Below are positions 28,678-39,910 of a stretch of DNA of 64,000 bases, one piece after another. The position numbers and the translations under genes are program-made. Below the pieces are notes generated by a model that ran no database searches, was not told the origin of the DNA, and was given only the letters and a program-made list of their open reading frames with translations. How positions within the stretch are numbered: the first letter of the stretch is position 1; each line of letters opens with the position of its first letter. Source of the stretch: Helicobacter cetorum (GTDB lineage: Bacteria > Campylobacterota > Campylobacteria > Campylobacterales > BB28); assembly GCA_022729755.1 (NCBI GenBank), contig DZAZ01000003.1, positions 565-64,564 of the forward strand. The letters run 5' to 3'.

Positions 28678-29658
28678 TTAAATTGAAATTAATTTTTCTT
28701 TTATATCTCTATTTACATCAGAATTCACAAAATTTATAGCTTGAAAAATAGCATTTTTAATGGCTTTTGAGTTACTTTTGCCATGACTTATAATAACACA
28801 ACCATCTACCCCAAGTAAAGGCGCTCCACCGTATTCAGCATAATCAACTTTCTTTTTTAAGAGTTTAAAAACTTTTCTCATTAAAATTGCACCTAATATT
28901 GCTACAAAAGATTTTTTAATATTTGCTTTAATAAAATGATTAATTGACTCAGCAACTCCCTCACCCGCTTTTAAAACAATATTCCCTATAAATCCATCAC
29001 AAACTATAACATCACAACTACCATCAAAAATATTATTTCCCTCAACATTACCTATAAAATTAGGCATATCTTTTAATAAATTAAAAACATCTTTTGTAAC
29101 TTCATTACCTTTACTCTCCTCTTCACCATTAGAAAGCAATCCAACTCTAGGAGTTTGTATTTTCATTACATCTTTAGCATAAGCTTCGCCCATAATTGCG
29201 AATTGAAACAAATGTTCAGATTTGCAATCTACATTTGCACCAACATCTAAAACTAAGCTAAAACCATCTTTTGATGTCGGCATTAAAGTAGCAATAGCAG
29301 GACGACTTATCCCATTTATCCTACCTATTCTAAGAGTTGCTAAACTCATCGAAGCTCCACTATGACCAGCTGAAACAACCGCAGCCGCCTCTTTATTTTT
29401 CACAAGCTCAATCGCTTTATAAATCGAGCTTTCTTTTCGCTTTAGTGAGTCACTAGCTTTATCGTGCATACTAATTACATCATTAGCTTCTAAAATAGAG
29501 ACTTTATCTTTAAATCCAGCTGGAATTAAAGGTAAAATCTCTTCTTTTTTCCCAACTAAGACAGGTTCAAAACTTCTCTCTTTTAGTGCTAAAATCACAC
29601 CTTCTATAATAGGGGCAGAACCGAAGTCCCCACCCATCGCATCAATTGCAATTTTCAA
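28678..29658 (-). CDS. plsX: Phosphate acyltransferase PlsX
   Basis: TTG start. [14 protein letters not shown]-terminus and VVSAGHSGA. Lies between rpmF and fabH. Confidence 0.95.
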   Translation of the reverse strand: MKIAIDAMGGDFGSAPIIEGVILALKERSFEPVLVGKKEEILPLIPAGFKDKVSILEANDVISMHDKASDSLKRKESSIYKAIELVKNKEAAAVVSAGHSGASMSLATLRIGRINGISRPAIATLMPTSKDGFSLVLDVGANVDCKSEHLFQFAIMGEAYAKDVMKIQTPRVGLLSNGEEESKGNEVTKDVFNLLKDMPNFIGNVEGNNIFDGSCDVIVCDGFIGNIVLKAGEGVAESINHFIKANIKKSFVAILGAILMRKVFKLLKKKVDYAEYGGAPLLGVDGCVIISHGKSNSKAIKNAIFQAINFVNSDVNRDIKEKLISI

Positions 29659-29667
29659 CTGTTTGCC

Positions 29668-29817
29668 TTATTTATATTCACCACTAACTGGGTTTATGTG
29701 ATGAGACAATTTGTATGTACCATCTTTATCTTTGATTGGTTTCACCAACTTAATTTTATAATGTGTTCTTCTTTTTGCACCTCTTGAATGAGAGACTCTT
29801 CTCTTTGGAACTGCCAT
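29668..29817 (-). CDS. rpmF: 50S ribosomal protein L32
   Basis: Below the ORF-track cutoff. Hand translation: [49 protein letters not shown]. Canonical MAVPKRR..S..R N-terminus and the DUF177-rpmF-plsX order. Confidence 0.9.
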   Translation of the reverse strand: MAVPKRRVSHSRGAKRRTHYKIKLVKPIKDKDGTYKLSHHINPVSGEYK

Positions 29818-29833
29818 TTATTCTCCTTTTTTT

Positions 29834-30202
29834 TTAAAATTCTACTTCAAAATTTTCTATATTTTCACATTTAGAACATATATGATAATCGCTCTTAATA
29901 AGCTCAATTTCACCTATTAAAATCTCTTCAAAATTTATAACTTCCTCTACTTCTAAGACATCGTCTTCGCCTTTGTAAATGCCATTATAAACTTTTAAAT
30001 TTAACTTTTCATCTATGTTTAAGTTAAACTCTTCGCCACATCTGTCGCAATTAGTTTCAATTTCACCTTTTAAAGTCGCATTAACTTCAACTAAATTAGA
30101 ATCATTTAAACTTTTTTTAAATTCACCAAAAAACTTTACATTTTTTAAGTTTAATTCAAACTCTTTTGGTATTTTTGTAATTTTTTTAAATTCAACTTGC
30201 AT
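29834..30202 (-). CDS. DUF177 (YceD-like) large-subunit accumulation protein
   Basis: 122 aa with CDRCGEEF and CSKC pairs. Conserved position upstream of rpmF. Confidence 0.75.
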   Translation of the reverse strand: MQVEFKKITKIPKEFELNLKNVKFFGEFKKSLNDSNLVEVNATLKGEIETNCDRCGEEFNLNIDEKLNLKVYNGIYKGEDDVLEVEEVINFEEILIGEIELIKSDYHICSKCENIENFEVEF

Positions 30203-30219
30203 TAATTACAAAACTTCAA

Positions 30220-30633
30220 TTAAAGAATTTCTCTTTGTGCAAAGAAAAAATCGATTTCAACTTTTGCATTTTCGTGCGAATCACTTCCGTGAACCGCATT
30301 TGCATCAATACTATCAGCAAAATCTGCTCTAATTGTACCTTTTGCTGCCTCTTTTGGATTTGTTGCACCCATTAATTCTCTGTTTTTTGCAACTGCATTT
30401 TCACCCTCAAGTACTAATACAACAACAGCACCACTACTCATAAAATCAACTAATTCGCCAAAAAATCCTCTCTCTTTATGAACGGAATAAAAAGCAGATG
30501 CATCATCTTTACTTAATATAATTTTTTTTACCGCTGCAACTCTTAAACCACTACTCTCAAATCTATCTATTATTTTACCAATAACATTTTTTTTAACAGC
30601 ATCTGGCTTAAGAATCGATAATGTTCTTTCCAT
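30220..30633 (-). CDS. ndk: Nucleoside-diphosphate kinase
   Basis: [13 protein letters not shown]-terminus and active-site NAVHGSDS. Confidence 0.95.
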   Translation of the reverse strand: MERTLSILKPDAVKKNVIGKIIDRFESSGLRVAAVKKIILSKDDASAFYSVHKERGFFGELVDFMSSGAVVVLVLEGENAVAKNRELMGATNPKEAAKGTIRADFADSIDANAVHGSDSHENAKVEIDFFFAQREIL

Positions 30634-30729
30634 TAATTCTCCTAATTAAAATTAAAAATGGATAGGATTGTATCTAAAATAATCTATAAATATAATTAAA
30701 AAAGTTTAAAAAAGAAGTTTCACTAGAAG

Positions 30730-30749
30730 TTAAGGGAAAAAACCCTTAA
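30730..30749 (-). terminator. Weak terminator-like hairpin after the ferredoxin gene
   Basis: TTAAGGG-(6 nt)-CCCTTAA, 10 nt past the fdxA stop. The U-tract on the minus-strand RNA is not immediately adjacent, so support is weak. Confidence 0.25.
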
Positions 30750-30758
30750 AGTAATTTT

Positions 30759-31031
30759 TTACTCAACACAAGGTGTTCCAACATCACCTCTTTTTGATGA
30801 CGAAGGCATTCCAGCAACTACACTATCCCACACGATACAACCCTCAGTTGGACAAGCAGCAGCACAAGCAGGCTCATCGTGATGACCTTCACACTCTACA
30901 CATTTATCAGGATACACATAGTAAATCTCTTCACCAGTTGGATTATCCTCATCATCTACAATTGCTTCAACTGGACACTCATCAATACAAGCACCACAGT
31001 TAATACAAATATCAGTAATTTTTACAGCCAT
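30759..31031 (-). CDS. fdxA: 2x[4Fe-4S] ferredoxin
   Basis: CINCGACIDECP and CVECEGHHDEPACAAACP cluster motifs. Lies next to ndk, as recalled for C. jejuni fdxA. Confidence 0.75.
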   Translation of the reverse strand: MAVKITDICINCGACIDECPVEAIVDDEDNPTGEEIYYVYPDKCVECEGHHDEPACAAACPTEGCIVWDSVVAGMPSSSKRGDVGTPCVE

Positions 31032-31095
31032 TATTACTCCTTTATTTTTAATAAATTGAACTATATCAAAAAGAAAATAAAATGAGACTTAACCA

Positions 31096-32256
31096 TTACT
31101 TAATATTTAAGTAATCTTTTATAGCCTCTACTTTATCTCTTCGCTCCCAACTAAATTCAGGTAATTCCCTTCCAAAATGTCCATAACTTGCCGTTTTTCT
31201 ATAAATAGGTTTTAATAAATCAAGACTTTCTATTATCCCTTTTGGAGTTAATTTAAAAATTTCTCTTACACATTTTTCAAGTTTAGCCTCTTCAAATTTA
31301 GAGCTTCCGTGAGTATCAACCATAACAGAAATTGGCTCAACAACTCCAATTGCATAGGAGATTTGAACAGTAACTCGCTCAGCCACACCAGCTGCAACTA
31401 AATTCTTAGCTACATATCTAGCAGCATAAGCTCCACTTCTATCAACTTTTGTTGGGTCTTTTCCACTAAAAGCGCCACCACCGTGAGGACAACTTCCGCC
31501 ATAACTATCAACTATAATTTTTCTTCCCGTTAATCCCGCATCACCTTGTGGTCCACCAATAATAAACTGTCCAGTTGGATTAATGTGGTAAATTATATCA
31601 TCACTCAAAAGCTCTTTAGGTATTTCTTTGTAAATTAACTCTTGAATTAGTGCTTCGTGAATTTGCTTTTGAGTAACTTCGGGTGAGTGTTGAGTTGAAA
31701 TTACAATTGTTTCAACTTTTGTTGGCTTTCCATCAACATATTTAACACTCACTTGTGACTTTCCATCTGGTCTTAAAAATGGTAATGTTCCATCTTTTCT
31801 AAGCTTTGCTAAAGCTTGAGTTAATTTATGTGATAGATAAATCGGAAGCGGCATTAAAACATCAGTCTCTTTACAAGCATAACCAAACATTAAGCCTTGA
31901 TCACCAGCTCCAATTTCACCATCAGCTCTATCAACTCCTTGATTAATGTCAGGAGATTGTTCGCCTACTCCATTTAAAACTCCAGCACTTCTATAATCAA
32001 AACCATATCTAGCATCGGTATAACCTATCTCTTTTATAACTTCTCTAGCAATATTTTGAAGTGGTGCATAAGTGTGAGTTTTTAACTCCCCTGCAATAAT
32101 ACAATATCCATTTGAAAGCATAGTTTCACAAGCAACCCTTGCCATTGGGTCTCTTTCAATTATGTAATCTAGCACAGCATCACTAATTTGGTCAGCCATT
32201 TTATCTGGATGTCCTTCAGTTACAGATTCTGAAGTAAAAATAAATTCTTTTGTCAT
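31096..32256 (-). CDS. metK: S-adenosylmethionine synthase
   Basis: [46 protein letters not shown]. Confidence 0.95.
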   Translation of the reverse strand: MTKEFIFTSESVTEGHPDKMADQISDAVLDYIIERDPMARVACETMLSNGYCIIAGELKTHTYAPLQNIAREVIKEIGYTDARYGFDYRSAGVLNGVGEQSPDINQGVDRADGEIGAGDQGLMFGYACKETDVLMPLPIYLSHKLTQALAKLRKDGTLPFLRPDGKSQVSVKYVDGKPTKVETIVISTQHSPEVTQKQIHEALIQELIYKEIPKELLSDDIIYHINPTGQFIIGGPQGDAGLTGRKIIVDSYGGSCPHGGGAFSGKDPTKVDRSGAYAARYVAKNLVAAGVAERVTVQISYAIGVVEPISVMVDTHGSSKFEEAKLEKCVREIFKLTPKGIIESLDLLKPIYRKTASYGHFGRELPEFSWERRDKVEAIKDYLNIK

Positions 32257-32342
32257 TTAACCTATCCTTTTTAAATTTTATCGCGATTATAACAAAAAAA
32301 TTATATATATTTAATCTTTATAATAAAAATTTTATATTTTTA

Positions 32343-32351
32343 TGTTAAAAT
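32343..32351 (+). promoter_or_regulatory. Candidate extended -10 (TGTTAAAAT) for ahpC
   Basis: TGTTAAAAT lies about 40 nt upstream of the ahpC ATG (32392), with AAGGAA SD at 32381-32386. Motif match only. Confidence 0.3.
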
Positions 32352-32391
32352 CATATCGTTAAATAATAAAAATTATCCATAAGGAATATAA

Positions 32392-32988
32392 ATGTTAGTT
32401 ACAAATAAAGCACCTGATTTCACGGCTACGGCAGTTTTAGGAGATAATCAAATAGTAGATAATTTCAATTTATATGAAAATTTTGGAAAAAATGGAGCAG
32501 TTTTATTTTTCTATCCACTAGATTTTACATTTGTATGTCCATCTGAAATTATTGCCTTCGATAAAAGATTAGAGGAGTTTAGCTCAAGAGGAGTTAATGT
32601 AATTGGAGTTTCAATTGACTCGCAATTTAGCCATTTTGCTTGGAAAAATACCGCAGTTAATCAAGGTGGAATTGGTCAAGTTAGATTTCCATTAGTTGCA
32701 GATTTAACAAAACAAATTTCAAGAGATTATGATGTGCTTTTCAATAATGCAGTAGCACTAAGAGGTTCATTCTTAATCGATAAAGATGGCACAGTTAGAC
32801 ATGCTGTTATCAATGATTTACCACTTGGAAGAAATATCGATGAGATGATTAGAATGGTTGATACAATGATTTTTACAAATGAACACGGCGAGGTTTGTCC
32901 TGCTGGTTGGGAAAAAGGTAAAGAGGGTATGAAGGCTTCAACTTCTGGTGTGGCTGAATATTTGGCTAAACATCAAGGTGATTTATAA
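32392..32988 (+). CDS. ahpC: Typical 2-Cys peroxiredoxin (AhpC/TsaA)
   Basis: Peroxidatic Cys in DFTFVCPSEI. Resolving Cys in GEVCPAGW. Confidence 0.9.
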   Translation: MLVTNKAPDFTATAVLGDNQIVDNFNLYENFGKNGAVLFFYPLDFTFVCPSEIIAFDKRLEEFSSRGVNVIGVSIDSQFSHFAWKNTAVNQGGIGQVRFPLVADLTKQISRDYDVLFNNAVALRGSFLIDKDGTVRHAVINDLPLGRNIDEMIRMVDTMIFTNEHGEVCPAGWEKGKEGMKASTSGVAEYLAKHQGDL

Positions 32989-33005
32989 GAGTTTTTTTCT
33001 CTTAT
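32985..33005. terminator. Hairpin spanning the convergent ahpC and perR stop codons
   Basis: ATAAGAG-TTTTTTT-CTCTTAT (7-bp stem) overlaps both stops and is followed by TTATTA on the plus strand. AT-rich stem, so modest support. Confidence 0.3.
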
Positions 33006-33412
33006 TTATTACACTTTTGACAATTTGATGTAATTAAAATGTCAATTTTAATTGAATTTAAATTTAAAAGTTTTGAAAATTTAACATTGCACTCACTCAA
33101 AACATCTTGCAAAAAAATATCATTTAAACTTTTACAAATTGGGCAATATGTGTGAATATGAGGCTTTAAGTTCAAGTCGTATCTAATTTTTCCATCTTGT
33201 GGATTTAACTCAAAAACTATCTCTTCATCTTTTAAAATATTCAAATTTTTATAAATCGTAGCAAGTGAAATAGAAGCAAACTCCATTTTAACATCATAAT
33301 AAATCTCCTCAACACTAGGATGAACTTTTTGATTTAAAAATTTCAATATTGCCACTCTTTGAGGTGTTATTTTTAAATTTTTCTCTTTTAATTTATTTAA
33401 AATCATTTGCAT
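33002..33412 (-). CDS. perR: Fur-family peroxide regulator (PerR-like)
   Basis: 136 aa. Winged-helix KITPQRVAILKFL, HIHTYCPIC and CQKC (two CxxC pairs). Lies directly downstream of dxs, as recalled for C. jejuni perR, and convergent with ahpC. Confidence 0.7.
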   Translation of the reverse strand: MQMILNKLKEKNLKITPQRVAILKFLNQKVHPSVEEIYYDVKMEFASISLATIYKNLNILKDEEIVFELNPQDGKIRYDLNLKPHIHTYCPICKSLNDIFLQDVLSECNVKFSKLLNLNSIKIDILITSNCQKCNK

Positions 33413-35229
33413 ATCAAACTCTTCACTCTATTTGCTAAATTAATATCGCTTATATTTAAATACTCTTCAATATCGATGGTTTTTCCGTGAGGAATAAAAT
33501 TATCTTCAAACTCAAAAGAAAAAATTTCTATATTATAAATAAATTCACTTGATAAAAACTCTAAAATAGATGAAGCAACCCCACCTATCTTAATGCTATC
33601 ACTAAAAATAAACCATTTTTTATGTTTTTTTGCTAAAGTTTTTAACATTTCACTATCTAATGGTTTGACAAATCTTAAATCTAAAATAGAGACTTTAAAA
33701 TCAAGCAATTTTGCTGTATTTATAGCTCGATTAACTCCATTTCCAAAGCCAATAAATAAAATTTCACTTTCTGTCTCTTTTAATAATTCAGCTTTTCCTA
33801 AAATAAACTCTTTAGCTTCTATTTGTAAAATACTTTCTATAAAACTTCCTCTAGGATATCTAAAAGCACATGGAGTAGTTAATTTATATGCAAACTCCAT
33901 TGCTAACTCTAAAGTTTTATTGTCCCTTGGTGCAAAAATAGTTAAATTTGGTATCATTCTAAGATAACTTATATCAAAAACACCCTGATGAGTTTCACCA
34001 TCTTCTCCTACAATTCCACCTCTATCTATTGCAAAAACAACTGGTAAATTCATAATAGCCACATCGTGAATTATTTGATCAAATGCTCGTTGTAAAAATG
34101 TAGAATAAATCGCAATAAAAGGCTTAAAACCTTCTTTTGCTAAACTTGCCATTGAAGTTATAGCGTGTTCTTCTGCAATTGCAACATCCCAAAATCGCTC
34201 TGGAAAATGCTCTATCAATTTATCAAGCCCAGTTCCACTAGGCATTGCTGCCGTAACTCCAACTACTTTGTCATCTTTTATTGCAAGTTCTAATAGTTTA
34301 TCGCTAAAAACAGCTGTCGGAGATTTTTTGCTACTTTTATTAATTGTTTTTCCACTCTCTAAATCAAATGGAGCAACTCCGTGCCAATGTTCTAATTGTC
34401 CTTCAGCCTTGCTATAACCTTTGCCCTTTAGAGTTTGAGTATGAACAATCACTGGCTTATTTAAATCTTTAGCTTGATTTAGTGTTTCAATTAAATCTAC
34501 CAAATTATGCCCATTTATTGGTCCAATATACTCAAGTCCAAGCTCTTCAAATAAAATGCCTGGAGTTATAAGACGAAAACTCTCTTCAAATTTTTTAGCT
34601 AAATATGTAGCACTTTCTGGTAGATGAGTAAGTAATTTTTCAGTTTTATTTTTTAATTTTTGATAAAATCTCCCAGCCATTGCTTGAGATAAATATTTAC
34701 TAATTGCCCCAATTGCTGGACCTATACTCATCTCATTATCATTTAAAATGATAACTATTGGATATTTTCTGTGACCTAACTCATTTAGAGCTTCATAAAC
34801 CATTCCCGCACTCATAGAACCATCGCCAATTAGTACAACTGGAACTCTATTTTCATTTTTTAATTTTATCGCTTTAGCACTACCAACCGCCAAAGATATA
34901 GAAGTTGAGCTATGTCCTGCTATAAAGTAATCATATTGCGACTCACTTGGTTTTGTAAAGCCACTTATACCTTTAAATTGTCTAAGAGTAGCGAAACTAT
35001 CCCATCTATCAGTTAAAAGTTTGTGTGCATAAGCTTGATGACTTACATCAAAAATAAATGGGTCACTTTTTGCATCAAACACATAATGCATCGCTACAAT
35101 TAATTCAACAGCACCTAAAGTTGAGCTTAAATGTCCTCCATTTTTACTTACAACTCCCAAAATTCGTTCTCTTATCTCTTGGCATAAAACATTTAACTCA
35201 TCTATACTTTTACTTTTAATATTTAGCAT
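33403..35229 (-). CDS. dxs: 1-deoxy-D-xylulose-5-phosphate synthase
   Basis: GGHLSSTLGAVEL and the TPP motif IGDGSMSAGMVYEALN. 608 aa. Confidence 0.95.
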   Translation of the reverse strand: MLNIKSKSIDELNVLCQEIRERILGVVSKNGGHLSSTLGAVELIVAMHYVFDAKSDPFIFDVSHQAYAHKLLTDRWDSFATLRQFKGISGFTKPSESQYDYFIAGHSSTSISLAVGSAKAIKLKNENRVPVVLIGDGSMSAGMVYEALNELGHRKYPIVIILNDNEMSIGPAIGAISKYLSQAMAGRFYQKLKNKTEKLLTHLPESATYLAKKFEESFRLITPGILFEELGLEYIGPINGHNLVDLIETLNQAKDLNKPVIVHTQTLKGKGYSKAEGQLEHWHGVAPFDLESGKTINKSSKKSPTAVFSDKLLELAIKDDKVVGVTAAMPSGTGLDKLIEHFPERFWDVAIAEEHAITSMASLAKEGFKPFIAIYSTFLQRAFDQIIHDVAIMNLPVVFAIDRGGIVGEDGETHQGVFDISYLRMIPNLTIFAPRDNKTLELAMEFAYKLTTPCAFRYPRGSFIESILQIEAKEFILGKAELLKETESEILFIGFGNGVNRAINTAKLLDFKVSILDLRFVKPLDSEMLKTLAKKHKKWFIFSDSIKIGGVASSILEFLSSEFIYNIEIFSFEFEDNFIPHGKTIDIEEYLNISDINLANRVKSLICK

Positions 35230-35231
35230 TT

Positions 35232-36053
35232 CTAAACCTCTTGCGAAGTTTGAGCTTCTTGAATTGATGCTTTAATATTTGAAAATCTTGTCATCACACT
35301 TCCATCAATATTTCCAATATCACTTACAATTACAACTCCACCTTTTGCAATAGCTGAATTTGGTTCAATTTTAACCTTTAAATCCTCATTTAAATTCTCT
35401 TTTAAATATTCAGCATCACTAGGATTAACTTTTAATGTAATTTTTGTAGCTTCTTTTACATTTTTTATAAGTGCATTCGCTAACTCTTTTGCTATATCTT
35501 TAGAGTTTTTAGAAACTTCTACTAAAATTACCTCTTTTGCAATTTCCAGTGCAATTGATGAAAGTTCTTTTTCTAAAGCTTCCATTGTATGGTGTGTTTC
35601 GCCAATAGAAAGCTCAAGCGAATTAATCCCATCTACAAATCTCTTTTTAATCTCATTTGTTTCATCTTCAAATTTCATTTTTACTTCATTAAAACCAGCA
35701 CTATACCCATCTTGATAACTTCTCTCTTTTGTCTCTTTTAATTGAGTTTCAAATTGAACTTTTTGCATCTTCAATTCTGCTTCAACATTTTTTAAATTAG
35801 TAGAAAGCTCTTCAGCCTTTTTTAAAACTGCTTCAGTTACTTCAAGTAATTTTTTGTGGTCTAAAACATTATGTTGATAAATACTACTCATATCATCGTT
35901 ATTAACACTCTGGCTTTTTGGCTCTTTGGTAGAATTAACACTACTGCTAGATTGCAAAATTTCATTAATTCCTCTAAAATTATATTTATTTATAGTATGT
36001 TTTTGTACTTCTTTTGGAGTTATAACCGTTTTACTAACATCATCTTGTTTCAT
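35232..36053 (-). CDS. fliH: Flagellar assembly protein FliH
   Basis: Coiled-coil centre and FliH-like C-terminus. Position immediately after fliG in the fliF-fliG-fliH order. Confidence 0.65.
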   Translation of the reverse strand: MKQDDVSKTVITPKEVQKHTINKYNFRGINEILQSSSSVNSTKEPKSQSVNNDDMSSIYQHNVLDHKKLLEVTEAVLKKAEELSTNLKNVEAELKMQKVQFETQLKETKERSYQDGYSAGFNEVKMKFEDETNEIKKRFVDGINSLELSIGETHHTMEALEKELSSIALEIAKEVILVEVSKNSKDIAKELANALIKNVKEATKITLKVNPSDAEYLKENLNEDLKVKIEPNSAIAKGGVVIVSDIGNIDGSVMTRFSNIKASIQEAQTSQEV

Positions 36054-36054
36054 T

Positions 36055-37080
36055 TTATTCTACTATCTCCTCTGCTTCACCAAGTTGAATAACTCCCTCA
36101 TCAATTAATCTTTGAACTGACTCAACTACCTTTCTTTGTGAAGCTTCAACATCTTTTACTTTTACTGCTCCCAAAAATTGCATCTCTTCGATGAACGTTT
36201 CAGCTGCTCTTTGAGACATATTTCCTAAAAATTTCTGCTTTAACTCTTCGTTTGAGCTTTTAAGTGCTAAAGTTAAATCTTTTTTATCAGCAACTTTTAA
36301 TACTTCTCTAATTGCATTATTATCAAGTTTAACTATATCTTCAAATGTAAACATCATATCTTTTATCTCATTTGCCAGTTTATCGTCAATTTGTTCGATA
36401 TAAGTTAAAGTCGCTTTCGCTGCTTTTTGACCAAGTCTATTAAATATTTCAGCAACCGCACGAGGTCCACCAACTTCAGTTTTGTAGCTAGTTAAAGCTT
36501 CAAGTTTATTTTCAAGTGTTTTAGAAACTTTATTAATAATCGTTGGTGAAATATCGCTTAAATTTGCCATTCTAATCGAAACTTCAGCCCTAAGGTCACC
36601 TGAAAAATGACTTAGTGTTTCAGCCGCATTTGTTGCATCCATATGTGCCAAAATAAGTGCGATAGTTTGCGGATGTTCATTCACAATAAAATCAGCTAAT
36701 TGTTGAGGCTTAACTTTTGAAATATAACTAAAATTATCATCTTGTTGAAGTGCTTTTGAAAGTCTATCTAAAACTTTTTTAGCCTCTTCTGGACCTAATA
36801 CTTTATATAAAATCTCTTTTGCTTGTTCAAATCCACCTGCAACAATAAATTGATTTGATTGAAAAATCGCATAAAACTCTTCAAGTATTGCAGCGCCTAT
36901 AGCTCTATCAATACCTCTAGCTCCTGCTATATATTTTGAAACTTCCGTAATTGTATCTACATCCATATAAGCAAAAACAGTAGCAGTTATATCTTCACCT
37001 AGTTGCATTAAAAAAACGGCTACCTTTTCAGCCATTTTCATTTCATCATAAGCTTGTTGTTGAGATGGACTTAAATTCAT
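36055..37080 (-). CDS. fliG: Flagellar motor switch protein FliG
   Basis: MFTFEDI motif, armadillo-like repeats, 341 aa. Its start overlaps the fliF stop. Confidence 0.9.
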   Translation of the reverse strand: MNLSPSQQQAYDEMKMAEKVAVFLMQLGEDITATVFAYMDVDTITEVSKYIAGARGIDRAIGAAILEEFYAIFQSNQFIVAGGFEQAKEILYKVLGPEEAKKVLDRLSKALQQDDNFSYISKVKPQQLADFIVNEHPQTIALILAHMDATNAAETLSHFSGDLRAEVSIRMANLSDISPTIINKVSKTLENKLEALTSYKTEVGGPRAVAEIFNRLGQKAAKATLTYIEQIDDKLANEIKDMMFTFEDIVKLDNNAIREVLKVADKKDLTLALKSSNEELKQKFLGNMSQRAAETFIEEMQFLGAVKVKDVEASQRKVVESVQRLIDEGVIQLGEAEEIVE

Positions 37081-38789
37081 TTTTTACCCCTTCCACCTCT
37101 TGAGAAAGAATCACCATCCATATCCATTTCATCATTGATTAAAGATTTTAAAAGAATTGCTGCATCTTCAGGTTTTTCTTCAATCATTGTTCGTAATTTC
37201 TCTTGAAGGATTTCTAATTTAATATCATTTTCACTTGAACCACCTGCAATTCCAAGTTGTTTTTCAACTTTTTTCTTCATATCGTTATACTTCTCAAGTG
37301 CATCTTCTTGGTCATCTTTAAGCCCATCAAGTGAAGGCATTTGAATCTCTTCTTCATCAGTTTTAATTTCAAGCATTTTTTGTGCAAATGGCAGAATAAT
37401 TTTTTTATAAAAAATAAATAAGAGTAGTGCAGCTAAGCCATATTTGATAAATGGTAAAAACGGCTCAAGTGCTTTTACAAATTTTTGCCACTCTGTTAAG
37501 TTTTGAACTTTAATAGCCTCAGGATTAAACTCAAAATTATTAACAGCCACCTCATCGCCTCGTGTTTCAGTATAACCAATTGCTTTTTTTACAATATCAG
37601 TTATTTTATTTAACTCATCTTCGCTCAAAGGAATAAAAGTAGCCGTATTTCCAAGTGGTGTCTCTTCTCTTTTATATTTTCCATCAACTACAACAGCAGC
37701 AGTTACTCTTTTTATGATTGCAAATTCACCTTTGATATTTGAAGTTTGTTTTGAAATTTCAAAGTTTGTAGTAGTTGCACTTTTTTGGTACTTTTCTTTT
37801 AATCCATCATCTAAGCCTTGAACTGGCCCAATATTACTAACAGCTCCTGGAACTCCCCCAACTTGTTGCTCTTTAAAACCTTCTCTTTTTTCTTCAGTTA
37901 CTTGTTCACTTCTAACAACACTTTCAGGGTCAAAAGTTTCCTTAGTTGAATCTTTTTGAGAAAAATCAAAATCTATTGTAACTTTTGCTACAACTTTTTG
38001 TTCTCCTCCTAAAAGTGGAGATAAGAGATTAACAATTTTATCTTCATAAGCTTTTTCTGTGTTTTTTCTATATTTTAGCTGAGTTTTTGCTAACTCATTT
38101 GATTTTGTAATATCATCATTTTCACCTAGCGACTCCCCATCAGCACTAATAACTTTAACATTTTCCACACTCATTTTAGCAACAGCTGAAGCAACTAAGT
38201 TTTTAATACCTTGAATTTGAATTGGAGTAAGTATCATATTTGGTTGAAGTTCAAGTACAACTGAAGCTGAAGGTGCAATTTGTTTTGATACAAAAACACT
38301 CTCTTTTGGGATTGCAATGTGGACATTTGCCTTCACAATTGGTTTTAAACTCTCAATTGTTCTAGCAAGTTCACCCTCTAATGCTCTTAAAAACTTTATA
38401 TTTTGGTCAAAATCTGTCGCTCCAAACTCTTGTTTATCAAAAAGCTCAAACCCAACTCTACTATCAGCAGGAAGCCCAAGTGAAGCCACTTTTATCCGCT
38501 CTTGATAAACACTCTCTTTTGGCACTAAAATAGTATTTTCGCTTTTTAATTTATATGGGATTTTATCTTTTTCTAACTGTTGCACAATCAATGCCGCATC
38601 TTTCGAGCTTACACCATCAAAAAGAACTCCATACCCATCATCACCCTCTTTAGCAGTTGTAGAAAAAACAACCAAAAATGCAATAAAAGCTATTACGGCA
38701 ATTAAAGTTGCCACCATTACTATTTTTTGTCTTTGATTTAAATTTTGAAGTAAAGTTAATATCTGATGAAAGAGAGCTTTAAAGTCCAT
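37077..38789 (-). CDS. fliF: Flagellar MS-ring protein FliF
   Basis: N-terminal TM (IVMVATLIAVIAFIAFLVVF), a large periplasmic region, a second TM (YGLAALLLFIFYKKII), and an acidic FliG-binding C-terminus. Confidence 0.85.
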   Translation of the reverse strand: MDFKALFHQILTLLQNLNQRQKIVMVATLIAVIAFIAFLVVFSTTAKEGDDGYGVLFDGVSSKDAALIVQQLEKDKIPYKLKSENTILVPKESVYQERIKVASLGLPADSRVGFELFDKQEFGATDFDQNIKFLRALEGELARTIESLKPIVKANVHIAIPKESVFVSKQIAPSASVVLELQPNMILTPIQIQGIKNLVASAVAKMSVENVKVISADGESLGENDDITKSNELAKTQLKYRKNTEKAYEDKIVNLLSPLLGGEQKVVAKVTIDFDFSQKDSTKETFDPESVVRSEQVTEEKREGFKEQQVGGVPGAVSNIGPVQGLDDGLKEKYQKSATTTNFEISKQTSNIKGEFAIIKRVTAAVVVDGKYKREETPLGNTATFIPLSEDELNKITDIVKKAIGYTETRGDEVAVNNFEFNPEAIKVQNLTEWQKFVKALEPFLPFIKYGLAALLLFIFYKKIILPFAQKMLEIKTDEEEIQMPSLDGLKDDQEDALEKYNDMKKKVEKQLGIAGGSSENDIKLEILQEKLRTMIEEKPEDAAILLKSLINDEMDMDGDSFSRGGRGKK

Positions 38790-38803
38790 TATTCAACCCC
38801 ACC

Positions 38804-39898
38804 CTATAACTGTTCATTTAAAATTTTTAAAACTCTATCATTTTGAGATTTTGTGCCTATTGTAATTCTGATTGCATTTAATCCATAAGATGCTAAATTT
38901 CTGACTATTATACCTTGTTTTAATAAATTTTGTGAAAATTCACTAGAAGAAATATTTTCACTTAATAACAAAGTAATAAAATTTGTATAACTATTTATAT
39001 AATAAATATTTTTATTTTTTGCAAACTCTTCATATCTAGCCATCTCTAAAAAATTTTGCTCTATTGCTTTTGCTACAAACTCTTCATCTTTAAGTGCTTC
39101 AATACTAGCTTTTAGTGATAAAGTTGTAATGTTAAATGGTGGTCTTAACTTATGAAATGTAGTTATTATCTCTTTATTTGCAAGTCCATACCCAACTCTC
39201 ATACCACCAAGTGAATAAGCCTTTGAAAATGTCCCTAGATAAATCGCATTAGGAAATTTTGAAATTAAATTTTGAGGTTCAATTTTTTTAGATTCATCTT
39301 TAGCACTTGCATACTCTTGATAAGCCCCATCAACTACAACAAGTGTATTAGCATCTACTTCAGAGATAAATTTATAAACTTCGTCTTTATCTAAACACTC
39401 ACCTAGTGGATTATTTGGAAGACATAAAAATATAATATCAGCACCTTTATTTTTATAAATTTCTCTAAATTCATCTAAATTATGAGTATCGCTATTAGTT
39501 TTTAAAATATTGGCACCAACTTGTTTTGAGTAAATTTCATACATTGCAAAAGTTGTTTTTGCCATCAAAACGTTTGAATTTTTATCAGCTTTTGCTCTTA
39601 CACAAAATTCGATTACTTGGTCACTTCCTGCACCTATTATTACATTTTTACTCTCTAAATTAAACTTTTTAGCTAAAGCTTCTTTTAACTCATAAAAACT
39701 ATCATCAGGATAAATTGACATTGCATTCACATAATTTTTAATAACTTCAGCAACTTTTGGCGAAACTCCGTAAGGGTTCTCATTACTTGCAAGTTTTATT
39801 ACATTTTTTGGCTCAATTCCATACTCTCTGACAACTAACTCTATTGGCTTTCCTGCCTCATAAATTTTTAAACTATCTAAAACATCGTTAAATTTCAC
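38804..39898 (-). CDS. hisC: Histidinol-phosphate aminotransferase
   Basis: LASNENPYG and PLP-lysine context [14 protein letters not shown]. Confidence 0.85.
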   Translation of the reverse strand: MKFNDVLDSLKIYEAGKPIELVVREYGIEPKNVIKLASNENPYGVSPKVAEVIKNYVNAMSIYPDDSFYELKEALAKKFNLESKNVIIGAGSDQVIEFCVRAKADKNSNVLMAKTTFAMYEIYSKQVGANILKTNSDTHNLDEFREIYKNKGADIIFLCLPNNPLGECLDKDEVYKFISEVDANTLVVVDGAYQEYASAKDESKKIEPQNLISKFPNAIYLGTFSKAYSLGGMRVGYGLANKEIITTFHKLRPPFNITTLSLKASIEALKDEEFVAKAIEQNFLEMARYEEFAKNKNIYYINSYTNFITLLLSENISSSEFSQNLLKQGIIVRNLASYGLNAIRITIGTKSQNDRVLKILNEQL

Positions 39899-39910
39899 CT
39901 AAAATCCTTT

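Noticed and set aside
30773-31085. Two plus-strand ORFs (76 and 68 aa) overlapping the ferredoxin gene, one His/Gln-rich.
   Set aside because: They are antisense shadows of fdxA, whose Cys-cluster motifs are unambiguous. The His/Gln richness simply mirrors the Cys/Val/Asp codons on the opposite strand.
32257-32391. PerR-box-like half sites (ATTATAA at ~32286, TTATAAT at ~32328) in the metK-ahpC intergenic region.
   Set aside because: The half sites are ~35 nt apart rather than forming a 7-1-7 inverted repeat, so they are indistinguishable from AT-rich background without a position weight matrix and comparative data.
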